Virus record (IMG/VR): IMGVR_UViG_3300045988_024297
Coordinates: 1 to 32,758 of that record
Origin: a virus
Strand: one strand, 5' to 3'
DNA length: 32,758 nt
Each line of letters begins with the position of its first letter. Position 1 is the first letter of the stretch. Made by a program: the position numbers and the translations under genes. The notes beneath the pieces are model-generated. The model was not told where the DNA came from. It ran no database searches and saw only the letters and a program-made list of their open reading frames with translations. Of this stretch, positions 30,724 through 32,758 are shown in pieces.

Positions 30724-31743
30724 TTAAGGTTCTATAATTTCAAACTTGCATTTAAACGCCGCTACCCGTCCCGTCGCACCGCCTTGTATGTTCAGAGCGT
30801 TCGGGTTCTGTATCGTGACCCGTGCCCACTGGTTGGTAGCCAAAGGGAATACCCCGGCAACCTCGCCCGAGCGTGAAAGCCAGTACAGCGCGTTTTGATT
30901 ATCATCGGTTACTACTACGCTTATTGTAACGTCGTAGGACAACACGCGGTTGCCGCCCGAGAAGTTAACCAAGTAAGTAGGCACAATGCGGTATTGGTCG
31001 AAATACATCGTATCATAAGCCCCTTTGCTGTTAAGCCATCGAAGCGTTACGCGTTTGTTGGGGTCTGGGCAATACGGGTATTTACGTTCAAAACGTGCCC
31101 ACCCCCAGGTATACGCGTCGTTTGCGGTTCTGAATTCTCTCGCTGGGGAGTCTGCCGCCTGCGATACAGACGAGTTAGCCCATATACTGGACGCCCCCAC
31201 ACCGTTGAACCTCATCCGTAGTCTACCGTCCGAGTTCGCCGTAAGCTGCCCGTATCGCAAGGCAAAGGTAAAAGGCACACCCGTTAACGGACTGTTAAGG
31301 AACGACGAGCAACTAAAATCCAATTGGTTAAACAGTCCGTTGCCGTAGTCGGATAGATTACGGTCGTATGGCTGTGTTGCAAACCTGCCATCTGCTACGG
31401 GGGCGTGGATAACGTTCAAATCAATAGACTTTAATGTACCCTCGGTGTATAATATCTGAACTTTATCGACGAAGTCGGTAAACCCCGGCCCCGTGTTAAT
31501 GCTCTCCGTTATGCCCGGCGTGGCTGCCGCCATCACCGACAAGTCCAGTACGGCGCCCTCGTATGGGGTTACGGTAGCCGTTGCCTTCTGTGCTCCGTTA
31601 CGTGAAAAGATAAGTGCTATACTGGTAACCGAGCCTACCCGCTCCAGGCGTATAGGGCGGTAGATACCTGCGCCGATGCCATACAGAAAGCGCGAACCGC
31701 CCTCTCCTACGGTTCCGTTTGCTATTAAATCTCTTACTATCAT
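30724..31743 (-). CDS. tail-like structural protein, 339 aa
   Basis: ATGA-coupled to the upstream gene, with beta-rich composition. Confidence 0.5.
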   Translation of the reverse strand: MIVRDLIANGTVGEGGSRFLYGIGAGIYRPIRLERVGSVTSIALIFSRNGAQKATATVTPYEGAVLDLSVMAAATPGITESINTGPGFTDFVDKVQILYTEGTLKSIDLNVIHAPVADGRFATQPYDRNLSDYGNGLFNQLDFSCSSFLNSPLTGVPFTFALRYGQLTANSDGRLRMRFNGVGASSIWANSSVSQAADSPAREFRTANDAYTWGWARFERKYPYCPDPNKRVTLRWLNSKGAYDTMYFDQYRIVPTYLVNFSGGNRVLSYDVTISVVVTDDNQNALYWLSRSGEVAGVFPLATNQWARVTIQNPNALNIQGGATGRVAAFKCKFEIIEP

Positions 31744-32180
31744 TGCTTTTTAGTTAAAATGGTTAATATCTCCGCCCGTATTATCCGGGACACCTCTACT
31801 GTGATACGCTGCACCATCTCGGGGGTTAGTATCTTACTTGCTACGCCGCCTTCGTTGTGCTCGTTGGGTACTTTAATACCATCGCGCTTGATAACGTATG
31901 CTATCGCGTATGCTGCTTCTTCGGGTATGTCCGTTCCGGCGTTCGCGTTCTTGTCTTTAATCCACTGCTTGATGGCAGAAACGGGTGGGAAGCTACCAGC
32001 CGCCCTCCCGTCTTCCATCTGGTAGATGTACGCCGGGCTTTCTATCTTCACGCCGCCTGCATACTCTACCACCTCTGTTTCTCTATCGAAGCGACCCGAA
32101 GCGTTAAGCCTCATGCGATAGTAGTTAGCTACTATCTCGTCGCGTATCTGCCTAACTAATTGGGTAACTTCCTTGTTCAT
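31740..32180 (-). CDS. hypothetical virion protein, 146 aa
   Basis: ATG ORF in the structural operon. Confidence 0.55.
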   Translation of the reverse strand: MNKEVTQLVRQIRDEIVANYYRMRLNASGRFDRETEVVEYAGGVKIESPAYIYQMEDGRAAGSFPPVSAIKQWIKDKNANAGTDIPEEAAYAIAYVIKRDGIKVPNEHNEGGVASKILTPEMVQRITVEVSRIIRAEILTILTKKQ

Positions 32181-32182
32181 AG

Positions 32183-32527
32183 TTAAATATACTTAAACCA
32201 GCTAAAATGTTTCCTCGTCTTCGGGTAGTCTACGTCGTGCTCGTTGCCGTATGCCTCCCTCTCAAAACTCATGCGGTCATAGGGCTTGTCGTTCGGGTCA
32301 CAAGGTTTCTTCTCGAAGCTCCAACCGAAGAAGCGGATAACGTACTCAACGCCATACCACAAGTAAAATGGCACGTACAGCATCTCGCGCATCTGCATCG
32401 TGTGGATGTGTTCGTGTCTTAACGTCTTCTCGCTTATAACCGCGTTACCACGTACGAAGAGAATGCCGAATAGGTTAATAGCTTTGAAGCCCTTAACCGG
32501 GATAAAGTTGTTTCTGATGATTTTCAC
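32183..32527 (-). CDS. small HExxH zinc-metallopeptidase-like protein, 114 aa
   Basis: LRHEHIHTMQMRE contains HExxH with a downstream Glu. GTG start behind a canonical promoter and the leader GTTTAAAAACAAAAGAAC. Confidence 0.55.
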   Translation of the reverse strand: MKIIRNNFIPVKGFKAINLFGILFVRGNAVISEKTLRHEHIHTMQMREMLYVPFYLWYGVEYVIRFFGWSFEKKPCDPNDKPYDRMSFEREAYGNEHDVDYPKTRKHFSWFKYI

Positions 32528-32551
32528 GTTCTTTTGTTTTTAAACAGTGTA

Positions 32552-32583
32552 CAAAAGTACGAAGTAAACCATCAGAAAACAAA
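32552..32583 (-). promoter_or_regulatory. canonical Bacteroidota-type promoter (TTTG-N20-TACTTTTG)
   Basis: Plus-strand CAAAAGTA (32552-32559) and CAAA (32580-32583) with a 20-nt spacer. It lies between the wrap-around CDS stop and the HExxH gene. Confidence 0.55.
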
Positions 32584-32594
32584 CGGTATTAAGT

Positions 32595-32758
32595 TCACGC
32601 CCCGTACTTGTAAGCGTCGAACGTTGCCTCCCAGCCCGATTTGATGGTGTCATACTGGTTCTGCACTTTGGCGATACGCAGCGAGCCAATCTCGTAGCCG
32701 CATATGAAGCTTTTAAGCATCTCATGCAAAAGCAAGTCGGTACGTATCAGCGTTGCAA
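32595..32758 (-). CDS. 3' part of the wrap-around 134-aa CDS (32704-32758 duplicates 1-55)
   Basis: In-phase continuation of the frame leaving position 1. Stop TGA at 32595-32597, followed by TAA one codon later. Confidence 0.55.
   Translation of the reverse strand, partial: ATLIRTDLLLHEMLKSFICGYEIGSLRIAKVQNQYDTIKSGWEATFDAYKYGA
32704..32758. repeat. 55-bp terminal overlap, identical to 1-55
   Basis: See feature 1-55. Confidence 0.95.

Noticed and set aside
32540-32725. The 61-aa minus-strand ORF in the track at the right end of the window.
   Set aside because: It is out of frame with the wrap-around CDS that occupies the same DNA, and it runs through the promoter at 32552-32583.
1-32758. 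Looked for lysogeny genes, tRNAs, CRISPR arrays, reverse transcriptase/DGR repeats, toxin-antitoxin pairs and known defence or anti-defence signatures.
   Set aside because: No integrase, recombinase, repressor or RT motifs were recognised in any frame. No spacer-interrupted repeats were found. Non-coding DNA is limited to four stretches already accounted for. Absence is based on reading by eye only, so an HMM scan could still find remote homologues.

Overview
The window is a complete, circularly closed genome of a tailed dsDNA phage (Caudoviricetes). Bases 1-55 are identical to 32704-32758, so the unit genome is 32,703 bp, and one CDS wraps across the junction. Every credible gene is on the minus strand: about 50 in total, including several micro-ORFs below the 60-aa cut-off of the ORF track. 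Genes are tightly packed, with many ATGA/GTGA start-stop overlaps.

There are two blocks. (i) An early/replication block is transcribed 18845->3345. It encodes small acidic proteins, a Cas4-like PD-(D/E)XK nuclease, a DUF2815-type SSB, a metallophosphoesterase, a family-A DNA polymerase and an AEP-primase/VirE-type helicase. It continues with a secreted protein, a DUF3310-like protein, VRR-NUC, a frameshifted HNH-AP2 homing endonuclease, an SNF2 helicase and a run of tiny membrane/lipoprotein ORFs. (ii) A packaging/morphogenesis/lysis block is transcribed 2685->1 and then 32703->19362. It encodes TerS, TerL, tail-like proteins, a tape-measure-like protein, protease/scaffold, an HK97-like capsid protein and three tandem paralogues. 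It ends with the portal, holin, GH108 endolysin and a membrane-anchored coiled-coil protein.

TAnnTTTG-type -7 boxes and A-rich leaders without Shine-Dalgarno sequences point to a Bacteroidota host. I saw no integrase, repressor, tRNA, CRISPR array, reverse transcriptase or recognisable defence/anti-defence gene.

The least explained signals are non-coding. (a) Two copies of a composite element sit almost diametrically opposite each other, exactly at the two operon junctions. Each has inverted 8-mer iterons, an AT palindrome and a covarying hairpin behind tandem terminators. (b) Six early promoters share an invariant GTTAAC-N6-NACNAC-N16-TATNTTTG architecture that replaces the canonical -33 TTTG.

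All protein calls rest on motifs read by eye. No database search was run.
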